A stretch of DNA of 62,290 nucleotides, taken from NCBI GenBank assembly GCA_017456985.1, contig JAFTIH010000031.1:130421-192710 (forward strand). The letters are read 5' to 3'. Below are positions 25,737 to 35,656 of this stretch, one piece after another. Position numbers and translations under genes: made by a program. The notes under the pieces were generated by a model. The model searched no databases. It saw nothing but the letters and a program-made list of their open reading frames with translations, and had not been told where the DNA came from. Each line of letters opens with the position of its first letter. Positions within the stretch are counted from its first letter, which is position 1. The stretch comes from Clostridia bacterium. GTDB taxonomy: Bacteria > Bacillota > Clostridia > Oscillospirales > CAG-272.

Positions 25737-26456
25737 ATGAAATGGGAAGAAAAGTTTGAGGTCAATACGCACGACCTTGATTTTAACGGTATTGCAAGAG
25801 TTTCTGCGTTGATGCGCTTTATGCAAGAAGCGGCAAACGCGCAGTGTCGTCATATGGGACCCTCGCTTGAAAGCCTGCGCGATGAGCAGGGCGTTGCGTT
25901 TTTGCTTAGCAGATTTTCTGCCGGATTTTATGAATCGATTTTTGCATATGATGATCTGACAGTACAAACCTGGGGCGTGGAGAGCCGCGGCTTTTCCTTT
26001 AACCGCTGTTACCGCATCTGGCGCAACGAACAGATCGTCGCGGAGGCTTGTGCAGTGTGGGCACTCGTCAATATTGCCACCAGAAGACCCGTCCGTGTCA
26101 GTGAATATAAGCCGGGCTTTGCTTACGACGAGATGCTGGCGCTTGACGTCCCGCCCCGCATCGTTTTCCCAAGCACCGACGCCCTTAAGCTTGTAGGCGA
26201 GCATACGGTTGGTTATGGGGAAGCCGATCAGAATATGCATCTTAATAATACGCACTATTCCGACATGCTGTGCGATACGTTAGACCTGAGGGAAAAGCGG
26301 ATCCATCGCCTGAGCTTCAATTTTTTGAATGAGGCGCGTCTTGGTGATACGGTAAATATCTATTCCCTTCACCACGGGGATGACGATTTCTTCCGCACGC
26401 TCCGCACGGACGGCAAGGTCAACGTGGAAGCACAGTTTACTCTCGGTGAGATCTAA
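25737..26456 (+). CDS. acyl-[acyl-carrier-protein] thioesterase
   Basis: Double hot-dog Acyl-ACP_TE pattern (HDLDFNG...; second half NMHLNNTHY). Confidence 0.85.
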   Translation: MKWEEKFEVNTHDLDFNGIARVSALMRFMQEAANAQCRHMGPSLESLRDEQGVAFLLSRFSAGFYESIFAYDDLTVQTWGVESRGFSFNRCYRIWRNEQIVAEACAVWALVNIATRRPVRVSEYKPGFAYDEMLALDVPPRIVFPSTDALKLVGEHTVGYGEADQNMHLNNTHYSDMLCDTLDLREKRIHRLSFNFLNEARLGDTVNIYSLHHGDDDFFRTLRTDGKVNVEAQFTLGEI

Positions 26457-26459
26457 ACA

Positions 26460-26498
26460 AAACGGTGTTGCTTTTGGCAACACCGTTCTTTTTCTTTT
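26460..26498 (+). terminator. intrinsic terminator
   Basis: AACGGTGTTGC/GCAACACCGTT 11-bp stem plus a T-rich tail. Confidence 0.8.
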
Positions 26499-26557
26499 TG
26501 TTCTTTTGCTCATTTATCCCTCATATACTGTCACAGTAAAGAAAAAGAGGTGACGGA

Positions 26558-27499
26558 ATGAAAAAATACAGACCGGAAGGCAGCAAAGCGGAAAAAACAA
26601 GCACAAAAAGCAGAGTTCACCCCCCGATCACACTTTCCTTTTTGGAACGTGCAAAAGAAAAAAGGTTGATTTTAGACGCGCCCGTCTTACTTTGTGATCA
26701 AGCGTTATCCTTACATATCGCCCTGGGTGATTTTATCGGTATCATCCCAAAGGAAGAGGCGGCTTTTTCCCCATCGGGACTCCCGATTAAGGATATTGCC
26801 ATTTTAACGAGAGTGGGCAAAACGGTCAGCTTTTTCGTAAAGGAGATCAAACGGTCCGTCTTTGGGCACCCTGAGATCACACTTTCCAGGCGGGAGTTAC
26901 AAAAAGAATGCTATGAGCAATACGTTTCGGGGGTACGTCCGGGGGACGTGATTCCTGCCAAGGTTACCCACATCGAAAGCTTTGGTGCGTTTCTTGACGT
27001 TGGATGCGGCATCAACGCGCTTTTACCCATTGACGCGATCTCAATATCGCGTATTTCACACCCACGCTACCGTTTTTCCGTTGGAGATGAGTTTTCCGTC
27101 GTAGTGCAAAGCATTGACGAGGAGGGACGGATCTACGTCAGCCGCAAAGAGCTTCTCGGCACGTGGGAAGAAAACGCGGCGTTTTTTTTGCCTGGGCAAA
27201 CGGTTTCGGGAATCGTGCGAAGCATCGAGTCCTACGGGATCTTCATAGAATTGACCCCAAACCTCACGGGGCTTGCCGAGTATAAAGAGGGGGTAAGGGA
27301 AAACGAGATCGCAGCCGTCTATATCAAGAGCATGATTCCCGAGCGGATGAAGATCAAGCTTATCATTATCGACTCGCACAAGGAGCACGCACACACCGCG
27401 AAGTTATTTTTTCCGACCGATGAGCATCCAAGGCACATAGATTATTGGCGTTACTCCCCTCCTTGTGCAACGAAACGCATCGAATCGGATTTTTCTTGA
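26558..27499 (+). CDS. S1 RNA-binding domain-containing protein
   Basis: Two S1 motifs (GDVIPAKVTHIESFGAFLDVG; GQTVSGIVRSIESYGIFIEL). SD AGAGGTG. Confidence 0.85.
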   Translation: MKKYRPEGSKAEKTSTKSRVHPPITLSFLERAKEKRLILDAPVLLCDQALSLHIALGDFIGIIPKEEAAFSPSGLPIKDIAILTRVGKTVSFFVKEIKRSVFGHPEITLSRRELQKECYEQYVSGVRPGDVIPAKVTHIESFGAFLDVGCGINALLPIDAISISRISHPRYRFSVGDEFSVVVQSIDEEGRIYVSRKELLGTWEENAAFFLPGQTVSGIVRSIESYGIFIELTPNLTGLAEYKEGVRENEIAAVYIKSMIPERMKIKLIIIDSHKEHAHTAKLFFPTDEHPRHIDYWRYSPPCATKRIESDFS

Positions 27500-27566
27500 C
27501 CGAGCTCTTGCTTTTTTCTTTCAAAAATGGTATAGTAGTAGCAAGAAGCAAACGGGGGTGACGGCA

Positions 27567-28238
27567 TTGGTCGAGCTTAGCAACGATTGGGATTCGCTCT
27601 TAAAGGATGAGTTTGAAAAGGAATATTATTTGAAAATTCGTCGGATCCTAGCGAGCGAATACAAAAAATACACGGTTTATCCCGATATGTACGACATTTT
27701 TAACGCGCTGAAATACACGCCATTTTCGGAAGTTAAGGCAGTTATTATCGGGCAGGATCCGTATCACGAGCCAAATCAGGCGCACGGGCTTTCCTTCTCG
27801 GTGCAAAAGGGCGTAGCAATTCCGCCCTCCCTTCAAAACATCTATACCGAGTTAAAGGATGACTTAGGCTACCCCATTCCCCACCACGGGAATCTGACCT
27901 CGTGGGCGAAGGAGGGCGTCCTTTTGCTCAACGCGACGCTTACCGTGCGCGCCCATCTTGCCAACAGCCATCAAACGATCGGCTGGCAGACCTTTACAGA
28001 CCGTATTATTACGCTCTTAAACACAAGCCAAAGTCCCATTGCCTTTCTTCTTTGGGGCTCCAACGCACGGCGTAAAAAAGAGCTGATCACCAACCCCAAG
28101 CACCTCATATTAGAGTCGGCGCATCCAAGTCCTCTGTCGGCATACCGCGGCTTTTTCGGAAGTCGCCCCTTTTCCCGTATCAACGAGTTTTTGGAGAAGA
28201 ACGGTAGGACGCCCATCAATTGGAAGATCGAAGACTAA
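27567..28238 (+). CDS. ung: uracil-DNA glycosylase
   Basis: ORF 27465..28238. GQDPYH and HPSPLS motifs. TTG 27567 follows GGGGGTGA. GTG 27558 or ATG 27465 are alternatives. Confidence 0.88.
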   Translation: MVELSNDWDSLLKDEFEKEYYLKIRRILASEYKKYTVYPDMYDIFNALKYTPFSEVKAVIIGQDPYHEPNQAHGLSFSVQKGVAIPPSLQNIYTELKDDLGYPIPHHGNLTSWAKEGVLLLNATLTVRAHLANSHQTIGWQTFTDRIITLLNTSQSPIAFLLWGSNARRKKELITNPKHLILESAHPSPLSAYRGFFGSRPFSRINEFLEKNGRTPINWKIED

Positions 28239-28268
28239 AAAATCCCTCGCGAAAGCGAGGGATTTTCC
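28237..28268. terminator. bidirectional terminator (ung / fba)
   Basis: AATCCCTCGC-GAAA-GCGAGGGATT hairpin flanked by A and T runs. Confidence 0.8.
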
Positions 28269-28280
28269 TTTGAACGAATT

Positions 28281-29144
28281 TTAAGCCTTGCCGACGGAAC
28301 CGAAGAGCTCCATCTTTTCCTTAACGGTAGCCTTGATCGCCTCAACACCGGGAGCGAGAAGCTTTCTGGGGTCAAAGCCCTTACCAACGAGATCCTTGCC
28401 CTCTTCTACGTACTTACGCGTAGCGGCAGCAAATGCAAGCTGGCACTCGGTGTTGACGTTGATCTTGGAAACGCCGAGAGAGATTGCCTTTTGGATCATC
28501 TCTGCGGGGATACCCGTACCGCCGTGGAGAACGAGAGGCATATCGCCAACCTTCTCGGAGATCGCCGCGAGCGTTTCAAAGCTAAGACCAGCCCAGTTTG
28601 CGGGATATTTACCGTGAATATTGCCGATACCTGCGGCAAGCATCGTGATACCGAGGTCCGCGATCATCTTGCACTCGTCGGGATCTGCGCACTCACCCAT
28701 ACCGACAACGCCGTCTTCCTCGCCGCCGATCGAGCCAACCTCTGCTTCGAGCGAAAGACCGAGATCGTCACAAATTGCAACAAGCTCCTTGGTCTTTTCA
28801 ATGTTTTCCTCAATGGGATAGTGAGAGCCGTCAAACATAACGGACGAGAAGCCTGCCTCGATGCAAGCCTTCGTAGCCTCGTAAGAGCCGTGGTCGAGGT
28901 GGATCGCTACGGGAACAGTGATACCGAGACCCTCGATCATACCCTTTACCATACCGACGACGGTTTTGAAGCCGCACATATACTTACCTGCGCCCTCGGA
29001 AACGCCGAGGATAACGGGAGACTTGAGCTCTTCGGCGGTCAAAAGGATCGCCTTCGTCCATTCCAGGTTGTTGATATTGAACTGACCGACGGCATAGTGA
29101 CCTGCCTTTGCCTTTTGCAGCATTTCTTTTGCGGAAACCAACAT
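28281..29144 (-). CDS. fba: class II fructose-1,6-bisphosphate aldolase
   Basis: 287 aa. IHLDHG and VLHGGTG motifs of class II FBA. Confidence 0.92.
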   Translation of the reverse strand: MLVSAKEMLQKAKAGHYAVGQFNINNLEWTKAILLTAEELKSPVILGVSEGAGKYMCGFKTVVGMVKGMIEGLGITVPVAIHLDHGSYEATKACIEAGFSSVMFDGSHYPIEENIEKTKELVAICDDLGLSLEAEVGSIGGEEDGVVGMGECADPDECKMIADLGITMLAAGIGNIHGKYPANWAGLSFETLAAISEKVGDMPLVLHGGTGIPAEMIQKAISLGVSKINVNTECQLAFAAATRKYVEEGKDLVGKGFDPRKLLAPGVEAIKATVKEKMELFGSVGKA

Positions 29145-29334
29145 AATAAAATACCCCTTTCATTTCGTCAAGCAGCTGTATCCGACGAACTTTATTTACA
29201 CGAATATTATAACCCATTTTTTAGAAAAACGCAAGAGCTTTTCCGCCTTTTTTTCCGCTTTTTAGAAAATGTATTGACTTTTTCGACTGCCTTGTGATAG
29301 AATGAGCAAAAGAACAACGCCAAAGGAGCGGCAT

Positions 29335-30108
29335 ATGACAAAAACGATCCCTCTTCCCCCGATATCGGCATCTGCCGCGACTATCACTTACGTCGAAAAG
29401 AAGGATGCCGTCACCCCAACACGCGCGCTTGGCAAAATTCTCCTCAACGGTGCAAAAGACTTTGAGGTACAACTCGGAAACCGCGTCTTTCCCGTTCTGC
29501 ACGGCGATGCGATCTACCTTCCGCCCTTTTGCGAATGCCGCGTTACGAGGGCAGACGACAATGCGTTTGGCGTGTTTTCTCTTGCGATTTCGCCCGCACT
29601 TACATCCGTCTTTTCTCCCTCGCTCTCGCGCCGTCACACCGTAGGACGGGCAAGATACCTTTTTGAATGCTCCACCCAAGATGAGCTCTTCGCGCTTTGC
29701 AACATCCTAATAAATGGCGAAATGGACAAGAGTTTTAGCACCATCGTCCGAATTCTTTCCATTTTAGAGAGTGAAAGCTTATCCGAAACGGAAGAGAAGT
29801 ATGAGATTTCTCTACCCTTGCTTTTGCGAAAAGCGCTTTCTTATTTGGATGAGCACCGCGACGAAGCCGTCAACGCGGAGATCCTTGCCGCACGGTACGG
29901 CATCAGCCCCGATACGGTAAAACGGTTATTCCGCCGTCACTTATCCTCGACGGTAAGAGAACAGCATTTGCGCAAGCGCACGATCGGCGCGGCGTTTCTT
30001 TACGAAAACAAGGAAGATCTTGAGGATATCCTCCAAAGCTGCGGCTTTTCAAGCAAAAGCACTTTTAAAAAATCCTATTTTCAAATCTTTTCGGAATCTC
30101 TCAAATAA
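29335..30108 (+). CDS. AraC family transcriptional regulator
   Basis: ORF 29302..30108. C-terminal AraC-type HTH. ATG 29335 follows AAGGAG. Confidence 0.82.
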   Translation: MTKTIPLPPISASAATITYVEKKDAVTPTRALGKILLNGAKDFEVQLGNRVFPVLHGDAIYLPPFCECRVTRADDNAFGVFSLAISPALTSVFSPSLSRRHTVGRARYLFECSTQDELFALCNILINGEMDKSFSTIVRILSILESESLSETEEKYEISLPLLLRKALSYLDEHRDEAVNAEILAARYGISPDTVKRLFRRHLSSTVREQHLRKRTIGAAFLYENKEDLEDILQSCGFSSKSTFKKSYFQIFSESLK

Positions 30109-30131
30109 AAAAACGGCTAAGCCGTTTTTTT
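30107..30131. terminator. bidirectional terminator
   Basis: AAAAAAACGGC-TAA-GCCGTTTTTTT. Confidence 0.75.
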
Positions 30132-30134
30132 ATT

Positions 30135-30458
30135 TTAAATTAGATCAACACAAACGAGCGTCATTTCCGCTCTTCCCTTTCCAACGTCCTCATCCTCCGC
30201 CATAAAAGGAAAGCGATCAAACAAATACTGCGTTGCGGGATCGTCCTTGGTCATTCGCTCTCCCGCGATCCAGAATGCGATCCGTCCGTCTTCCTGTAAG
30301 CGGCGCAAATTCCGACGCAAAAACAGCGTCGCCGTCTGCGAGCGGGTGATGAATTTGATCAGCTGCTCCCCATACAGGCGCTCCGTTGCAAGAGTGAATT
30401 CCATCTCCCTGAGCATCGGCTTATGTAAAACAATTTCGCTCAAATCTTTAACGATCAT
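30135..30458 (-). CDS. hypothetical protein (107 aa)
   Basis: ORF with terminator downstream, packed in the operon behind the dehydrogenase gene. No family recognised. Confidence 0.6.
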   Translation of the reverse strand: MIVKDLSEIVLHKPMLREMEFTLATERLYGEQLIKFITRSQTATLFLRRNLRRLQEDGRIAFWIAGERMTKDDPATQYLFDRFPFMAEDEDVGKGRAEMTLVCVDLI

Positions 30459-30476
30459 ACCCGATTCCTTTCGTTT

Positions 30477-31436
30477 TTATCCCAAAAGGTCCACACGGCA
30501 ACGCCGTTCTCCCTTTAAAAATGCTTCTATATTCTTGCAGATCTCTTGCAGACAGCGCACGCGCGCCTCGTATGCGCCCCAAGCCATATGCGGAGTCAAA
30601 ATAACGCGAGGATCGTCAAGAAGCGCCGTATAGGGATGGTCTGCCGCAAAGGGCTCCTTTGTATAGACGTCACATCCAAAGCCGCCTATCGTGCCGTTTT
30701 TGACTGCCAAAGCGACCGCCGCCTCATCAAAAAGCGCCCCGCGTGCAACGTTCACAAGGATAGCGTCCTTTTTCATTAAGGCAAGGTGCTCTGCATCAAA
30801 AATTCCTCTCGTTTGAGGAGAAAGCGGCGCGTGAACGGTAAGAATATCCGATTCCTTGCAAAGCTCTTCGAAGGATACGACGGGATACACCTCGTCCGTT
30901 TTGTTTTTCTTGCATACAATAACACGGCAACCCATCGCATCCGCCACGGCAGCGACCTTTTTTCCGATATTACCGTATCCGAAAATGCCCCACGTTTTTC
31001 CGCAAAGCTCGTGAAAAACAGGGGTAAGAGCGTTTGCTAGTCCGCTTTTCGTGTAGCTTCCGCTTGCAACGAAATCACGGTAAGAAACCAGATTGGTGGC
31101 GAGCGCCAGCACCATAGAAAGCGTCAACTGCGCCACACTGTCGGTAGAATAGCCGGCGACGTTGCAAACGGCAATCCCGCGCTTGCGGCAATAGGCTAAA
31201 TCAACGTTATCATACCCCGTCGCAGAAAGACAGATCAGCTTCAGGCGTTTTGCATCCTTCAGCGTTTCTTCATTGCAAGTAAGCTTATTGATAATCAGAA
31301 CGTCAGCATCGCAAACACGCGACGAAACCTCTTCTTTTTCGGTCTTATCGTACACCGCCACCTCGCCAAAGGCAGATAACGGCGCCATAGAAAGATCCTT
31401 GCCGATCGTTGCGGCGTTCAAAACAGTAATTTTCAT
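30477..31436 (-). CDS. D-isomer specific 2-hydroxyacid dehydrogenase (glycerate/hydroxypyruvate reductase-like)
   Basis: NAD motif GIFGYGNIGKKVA. Catalytic RG...E...H (VARGALFDE, PHMAWG). Confidence 0.88.
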   Translation of the reverse strand: MKITVLNAATIGKDLSMAPLSAFGEVAVYDKTEKEEVSSRVCDADVLIINKLTCNEETLKDAKRLKLICLSATGYDNVDLAYCRKRGIAVCNVAGYSTDSVAQLTLSMVLALATNLVSYRDFVASGSYTKSGLANALTPVFHELCGKTWGIFGYGNIGKKVAAVADAMGCRVIVCKKNKTDEVYPVVSFEELCKESDILTVHAPLSPQTRGIFDAEHLALMKKDAILVNVARGALFDEAAVALAVKNGTIGGFGCDVYTKEPFAADHPYTALLDDPRVILTPHMAWGAYEARVRCLQEICKNIEAFLKGERRCRVDLLG

Positions 31437-31445
31437 GTGTTCTCC

Positions 31446-32723
31446 TTATTGGCGCCACGCGTACAGGGTGCCGTCACATACGAGCGCAACGGAAAAATAG
31501 CGCTCGGCAAGCGTGGCTAAATACGAAACGTCACGGAGTCCGCCCGTTTCGCAAGCCGAATGCATAGCAAGCTGAGCAAGTCCGATATCGGCAAACGGAA
31601 GCGACACGTGCGTTCCCGAGATCGCCCCGAGAGTCGAGCCGCCCGGCAGATCGGCGCGATTACGGTATTCCTGTACGGGAAGCCCAAGATCCCGACACAG
31701 CATCTTGATAAGACCCGCAGAAAAACCATTCGTCGTATAGCGTCTTGCCGCGTTATACTTGATCACAATACCGCCGTTCAGGTAACAAGGCATTTCCGCA
31801 CACGAAAGCTCGGGATGCGAAGGGTGAGTAGCGTGCGCGTTATCGACGCTTAAGAAAAAGCTCTTCGCCATCGCCGTCGCGAAGGACGCGTTCATCCCCT
31901 CGCAGATGCGGCACAAAACGTCGTGCAAGAAGGTAGAGTCCGCGCCCTCGGGCATCATACTGCCAACCTCTTCCCCGTTAAATACGGCAAGCACGGGAAT
32001 AGAAAGTGAGGGCGTTGCCTTACAAAAGCCGTCGAGAAGTCCATACACGGCGGCGAGATCGTCAAGGCGGGGCGACGCGATAAAGTCGCCCCCGAATACG
32101 GTGGGTTCATCCGCGGAAACAAGGAAAAGGTCCTCGGAAAGAATGGCATCCACCGATACGCCAAGCTCCTCGGCAATTGCGCGGCGCAGGGCGTTCGCTC
32201 CATCATCTTTATCAAAAAGCGGGAGAAGATCCACGGCAGGATTTGCCATCACCTTTTCATTCGCATCTTTGTTCTGGTGTGGGGCGACGGACGGTATCAC
32301 GACGGTGCGTCGGCTCTGATATAAAACGCTTTGCATTCCCTCTTCGGTCCTTAAAAGCACGCGCCCGGCGACGAAAAGGGGTCTATCGTACCAGGTCCCC
32401 GCCAACAGTCCGCCGTATTTCTCAACGGTAAGGCGCACGTAGTGACCGTCGTGGCGCTCCCCCGTAACGGCGAGTGCGGGCGAATCACTGTGCGCGGTGG
32501 CAATCTCAAAACCGCCGTCTTGCCAGTCCTCGGGAATTTGAAAGGCGATCAAGGATGCCCCGCCACGGCAGACAAAATATTTTCCGCCACGCTGCACGTG
32601 AAAGGGCTCTTTTTCGAGCAACTCACAAAAGCCCTCTTCCGCCAAAATGCGTTTGAGAAGACCTGTAACGTGAAAGGGCGTCAAGCCGTTTTTCAAGAAG
32701 GAAGAGAGCGAGCACAAAGCCAT
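31446..32723 (-). CDS. M18 family aminopeptidase
   Basis: 425 aa with AHSDSPAL and NGEEVGS type M18 motifs. Confidence 0.85.
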   Translation of the reverse strand: MALCSLSSFLKNGLTPFHVTGLLKRILAEEGFCELLEKEPFHVQRGGKYFVCRGGASLIAFQIPEDWQDGGFEIATAHSDSPALAVTGERHDGHYVRLTVEKYGGLLAGTWYDRPLFVAGRVLLRTEEGMQSVLYQSRRTVVIPSVAPHQNKDANEKVMANPAVDLLPLFDKDDGANALRRAIAEELGVSVDAILSEDLFLVSADEPTVFGGDFIASPRLDDLAAVYGLLDGFCKATPSLSIPVLAVFNGEEVGSMMPEGADSTFLHDVLCRICEGMNASFATAMAKSFFLSVDNAHATHPSHPELSCAEMPCYLNGGIVIKYNAARRYTTNGFSAGLIKMLCRDLGLPVQEYRNRADLPGGSTLGAISGTHVSLPFADIGLAQLAMHSACETGGLRDVSYLATLAERYFSVALVCDGTLYAWRQ

Positions 32724-32865
32724 AAAAACACCTCAAAAAGGAAAAGCACCTCGAAAAGAGGTGCTTTTCAAAATAAGCAAAAAAGCATCACTACTTTACA
32801 GTAGTTATTATAGCATATCCCATTTAAAAATTCAACATCCCAAGAGAAAAAGTTTTCGGGTATGC

Positions 32866-33513
32866 TTAACGGACGTATTCATCCAAAAAGGCACGGAAGA
32901 GGGTAACGTCGTGCATAATTTCGGGATGCCACTGAAATGCGACGATGTTATCTTTTTCGATCGCTTCGATCACGCCGTCATCCGATACACCCGTAACCTT
33001 CACACCGGGCGCGACGTCATCGATTCCCCAAAAGTGATAGGAATTGATGTTCATGCTCGTTGCGCCGTGCGCACGGTGCAAAAAGGAGCCTTCGGTGACC
33101 GTAATGTTCTGCGGCGCATCGCCACCCGTATGCCCGGGAACCTTTTTCAGCGTACCGCCAAAATAGACGTTAAGCGTCTGTAAGCCGCCGCAAATACCAA
33201 AGATCGGTTTGTTCTGACGGACGAAGCGGTCGATGATCGCTTTGTCATCTTTATATTCGTCAAAGGGATACGGATCGCCCTCCTCTACTTCTCTGCCATA
33301 ATAGGAGGGATGAATGTTCGTCGCACTTCCGGGAAGGATCAGCGCGTCGCACGCATCACAAGCCTCATCAATGCCGTTATTGTTGACGATCGCCATCAAC
33401 GGCACCCCAAGCTCGTCAAACACCTTGCGGAAATGGTGGCAAAGGAAAAATCTCTGATCAAAGGGTCCCGAATTAGGAATCACACAAAGGCGCGGAATGG
33501 TAGCAAGTATCAT
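32866..33513 (-). CDS. class I glutamine amidotransferase-like / peptidase C26 (gamma-glutamyl hydrolase family)
   Basis: ORF 32866..33528. GICGGLQ nucleophile elbow, FQWHPE His/Glu. ATG 33513 after GAGG is preferred over TTG 33528. Confidence 0.85.
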   Translation of the reverse strand: MILATIPRLCVIPNSGPFDQRFFLCHHFRKVFDELGVPLMAIVNNNGIDEACDACDALILPGSATNIHPSYYGREVEEGDPYPFDEYKDDKAIIDRFVRQNKPIFGICGGLQTLNVYFGGTLKKVPGHTGGDAPQNITVTEGSFLHRAHGATSMNINSYHFWGIDDVAPGVKVTGVSDDGVIEAIEKDNIVAFQWHPEIMHDVTLFRAFLDEYVR

Positions 33514-33524
33514 CGTTTTATACC

Positions 33525-34418
33525 TCAATCCTTTTGATAATTTCTTGTTAAAACACGCTCGCCGTCAAAGAGCAAAAGTCCCTTGCCTGCACCAAAGCGG
33601 TCGTGCGTCATCACGTAAGCGTGGAACGCCTTTTGCAAGGAGTTCTCTGCCTTCCACTCGGATTTATCCTTGCTGATATCGCTTCCAAACAAACGGAAAG
33701 CGTCGTCAAACGTCGGCGTCTCCAGCACGTCGTACAAAACGAAATCATGCATAAAGTTTGCGATATTGCTTCCCGGCTTATATAAGTTACGGTAGGCGGG
33801 ATAAAACATCCAGGTAAAGCAGCAAATGGGAAGAATGCCGCCCTTGATTTTATCCTTGAACATCTCGTAGGCAAGACGATACGACTCTTCGCACACCTCA
33901 TACGTGATCGGACCGCCCGTGGGGATATGAGAATCGAGCAAAAAGTCGCCCGCCTTTAAAATAAAATCGCCGATCTTGACGTCCTCGCCCTCATGCACCA
34001 TCGGACGGTATTGCAGTCTGCCAAGCGCGATCAAGCCGCCGTGATACACGGTTTCATACCACCAGATCACGAAATTGCCCCAAATGCCGTACGTTGATTC
34101 ACATTCGTCCAGCTTGTATTTGAGATCCTTCATCGTTTCGACGAAAAGCGCCTCGGGGTAGCCGCTTTCCTTCCATTTTTCTTGCATATAACTCGTACAA
34201 GCCAGCAAAAACAGAAGATTGACGGTGTATTCGTGCACCTCGGGCGTTGCTAAGGACTGTAAGTAGGGCTCCACCTCTAACATCGGAAGCTCGCGTGCCA
34301 TATACCGCTTGGCGCAGGATTCGATCGCCGCCTCGGGGACCATTGTGCGATAGCGCTCGTAATCTGCTTTGTTTTTCTCGGTAAAACCGATTTGATCAAG
34401 CAAACCCGAAATCAACAT
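33525..34418 (-). CDS. conserved hypothetical protein (acyltransferase-like C-terminal region; assignment tentative)
   Basis: 297-aa ORF, coupled to the downstream C26 gene (stop overlaps). Product name is from weak recollection only. Confidence 0.7.
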   Translation of the reverse strand: MLISGLLDQIGFTEKNKADYERYRTMVPEAAIESCAKRYMARELPMLEVEPYLQSLATPEVHEYTVNLLFLLACTSYMQEKWKESGYPEALFVETMKDLKYKLDECESTYGIWGNFVIWWYETVYHGGLIALGRLQYRPMVHEGEDVKIGDFILKAGDFLLDSHIPTGGPITYEVCEESYRLAYEMFKDKIKGGILPICCFTWMFYPAYRNLYKPGSNIANFMHDFVLYDVLETPTFDDAFRLFGSDISKDKSEWKAENSLQKAFHAYVMTHDRFGAGKGLLLFDGERVLTRNYQKD

Positions 34419-34531
34419 AAAATATCTTCCTTTCTTTTGAGAAGGATATTTACAACACGAAAGTTTCGTGCTATAATACCATTATAGTATAAAAAAATCA
34501 TATATTCAACACGATAAAGGATATTTTTTAT

Positions 34532-35452
34532 ATGAAAAAGGATTATTTTTCGATCTGTCAGCTCCCTGAAAAAATCAATCTTGGGCAAAAGTTTTCCCTG
34601 GATGCCCTATACACGCTGTTTGAGCAACGCGAGACCCCCGATTTTTATTTTGCGGGAGAATGCCACACTGCGTGGGAATTCATATACGTTTGTGAGGGCA
34701 GCATTACTGCCACCGCTGACAGTCAGGTATTCACCCTTCGCGACGGCGACGTGCTTTTACTCAAGCCAATGGCGTATCATAAGCTGAGCTTAAAGGAAAA
34801 CACCTCTTGTGATCTTTTGGTTGCGACCTTCGATCTATACGGCTATCCTTCGCATCTGTTACAAAATAGAATGTTTCATCCCGACAAGCATCAAAGGACT
34901 TTACTTTCCGATTTTGCAAGCTATTTGCGCTCCTTCAGCAGCGAGGAGGACAAATGGACCAAGGATACGGAGGGAGAGGAAATTAACGAAAAAACGCTCT
35001 GGCATATTGACTACGTGTACGTGCTACAAAAAAAGCGCAAATCCGAAAAGGAGCTCGTGCTCGCCGGAAAATACCTGGAGCTTTTGCTACTATCCTTTGC
35101 GATGTCAAAGCAAGAGGAGTATGAAACCGTCACGGATAAAAACGCCTTGCTTTTCTTGGAGCTATCAAAAAAATTAGAGGAAAGCGTCTATACCAAAATA
35201 ACCATTGCACAACTCGCCAAGGCGTGTAATACCTCCCCCGCAACCGCAAAAAAATGCTTCCTTAAGCATGCAGGATGCAGCATTCACAAATATTTACTGA
35301 ACATCAAGATCCGAACAGCCATTGAATTATTAAAGGGCGGCAAGAGCGTGGGTGAGGTCAGCGAGCTTTTGCAGTTTGCCAACCAAAACTATTTCAGCTT
35401 CGTTTTCAAGCGAGAAACGGGAACGTGTGCAAGTGCATATAAAAACAAATAA
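34532..35452 (+). CDS. AraC family transcriptional regulator (cupin N-terminus)
   Basis: C-terminal double HTH (IAQLAKACNTSPATAKKCF...NQNYFSFVFKRETG). Confidence 0.85.
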   Translation: MKKDYFSICQLPEKINLGQKFSLDALYTLFEQRETPDFYFAGECHTAWEFIYVCEGSITATADSQVFTLRDGDVLLLKPMAYHKLSLKENTSCDLLVATFDLYGYPSHLLQNRMFHPDKHQRTLLSDFASYLRSFSSEEDKWTKDTEGEEINEKTLWHIDYVYVLQKKRKSEKELVLAGKYLELLLLSFAMSKQEEYETVTDKNALLFLELSKKLEESVYTKITIAQLAKACNTSPATAKKCFLKHAGCSIHKYLLNIKIRTAIELLKGGKSVGEVSELLQFANQNYFSFVFKRETGTCASAYKNK

Positions 35453-35481
35453 AAAAACGGCAGGTACAATACCTGCCGTTT
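35453..35481. terminator. bidirectional terminator (AraC gene / tRNA-Lys)
   Basis: AAAAAACGGCAGGTA-CAA-TACCTGCCGTTTT. Confidence 0.8.
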
Positions 35482-35557
35482 TGGTGCTCCTGCGGAGAAT
35501 CGAACTCCGGACACCTTGATTAAAAGTCAAGTGCTCTACCGGCTGAGCTACAGGGGC
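35482..35557 (-). tRNA. tRNA-Lys (TTT), CCA encoded
   Basis: The reverse complement folds as a cloverleaf: acceptor GCCCCTG/CAGGAGC, anticodon loop CTTTTAA, T-arm CCGGA-GTTCGATT-CTCCG. Confidence 0.92.
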
Positions 35558-35584
35558 GTACGGGCTCACGCCCGACACTTCACA

Positions 35585-35613
35585 ATAATAGCACATATTT
35601 GCCGGTTTGTCAA
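35585..35613 (-). promoter_or_regulatory. promoter of tRNA-Lys (TTGACA-17-TGcTATTAT)
   Basis: Minus strand: TTGACA (35613-35608), 17-nt spacer, TATTAT (35590-35585). Confidence 0.55.
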
Positions 35614-35656
35614 GTGGTTATCGCAATTTTTCAAATATTTTGTTTTCTGTCTTGGG

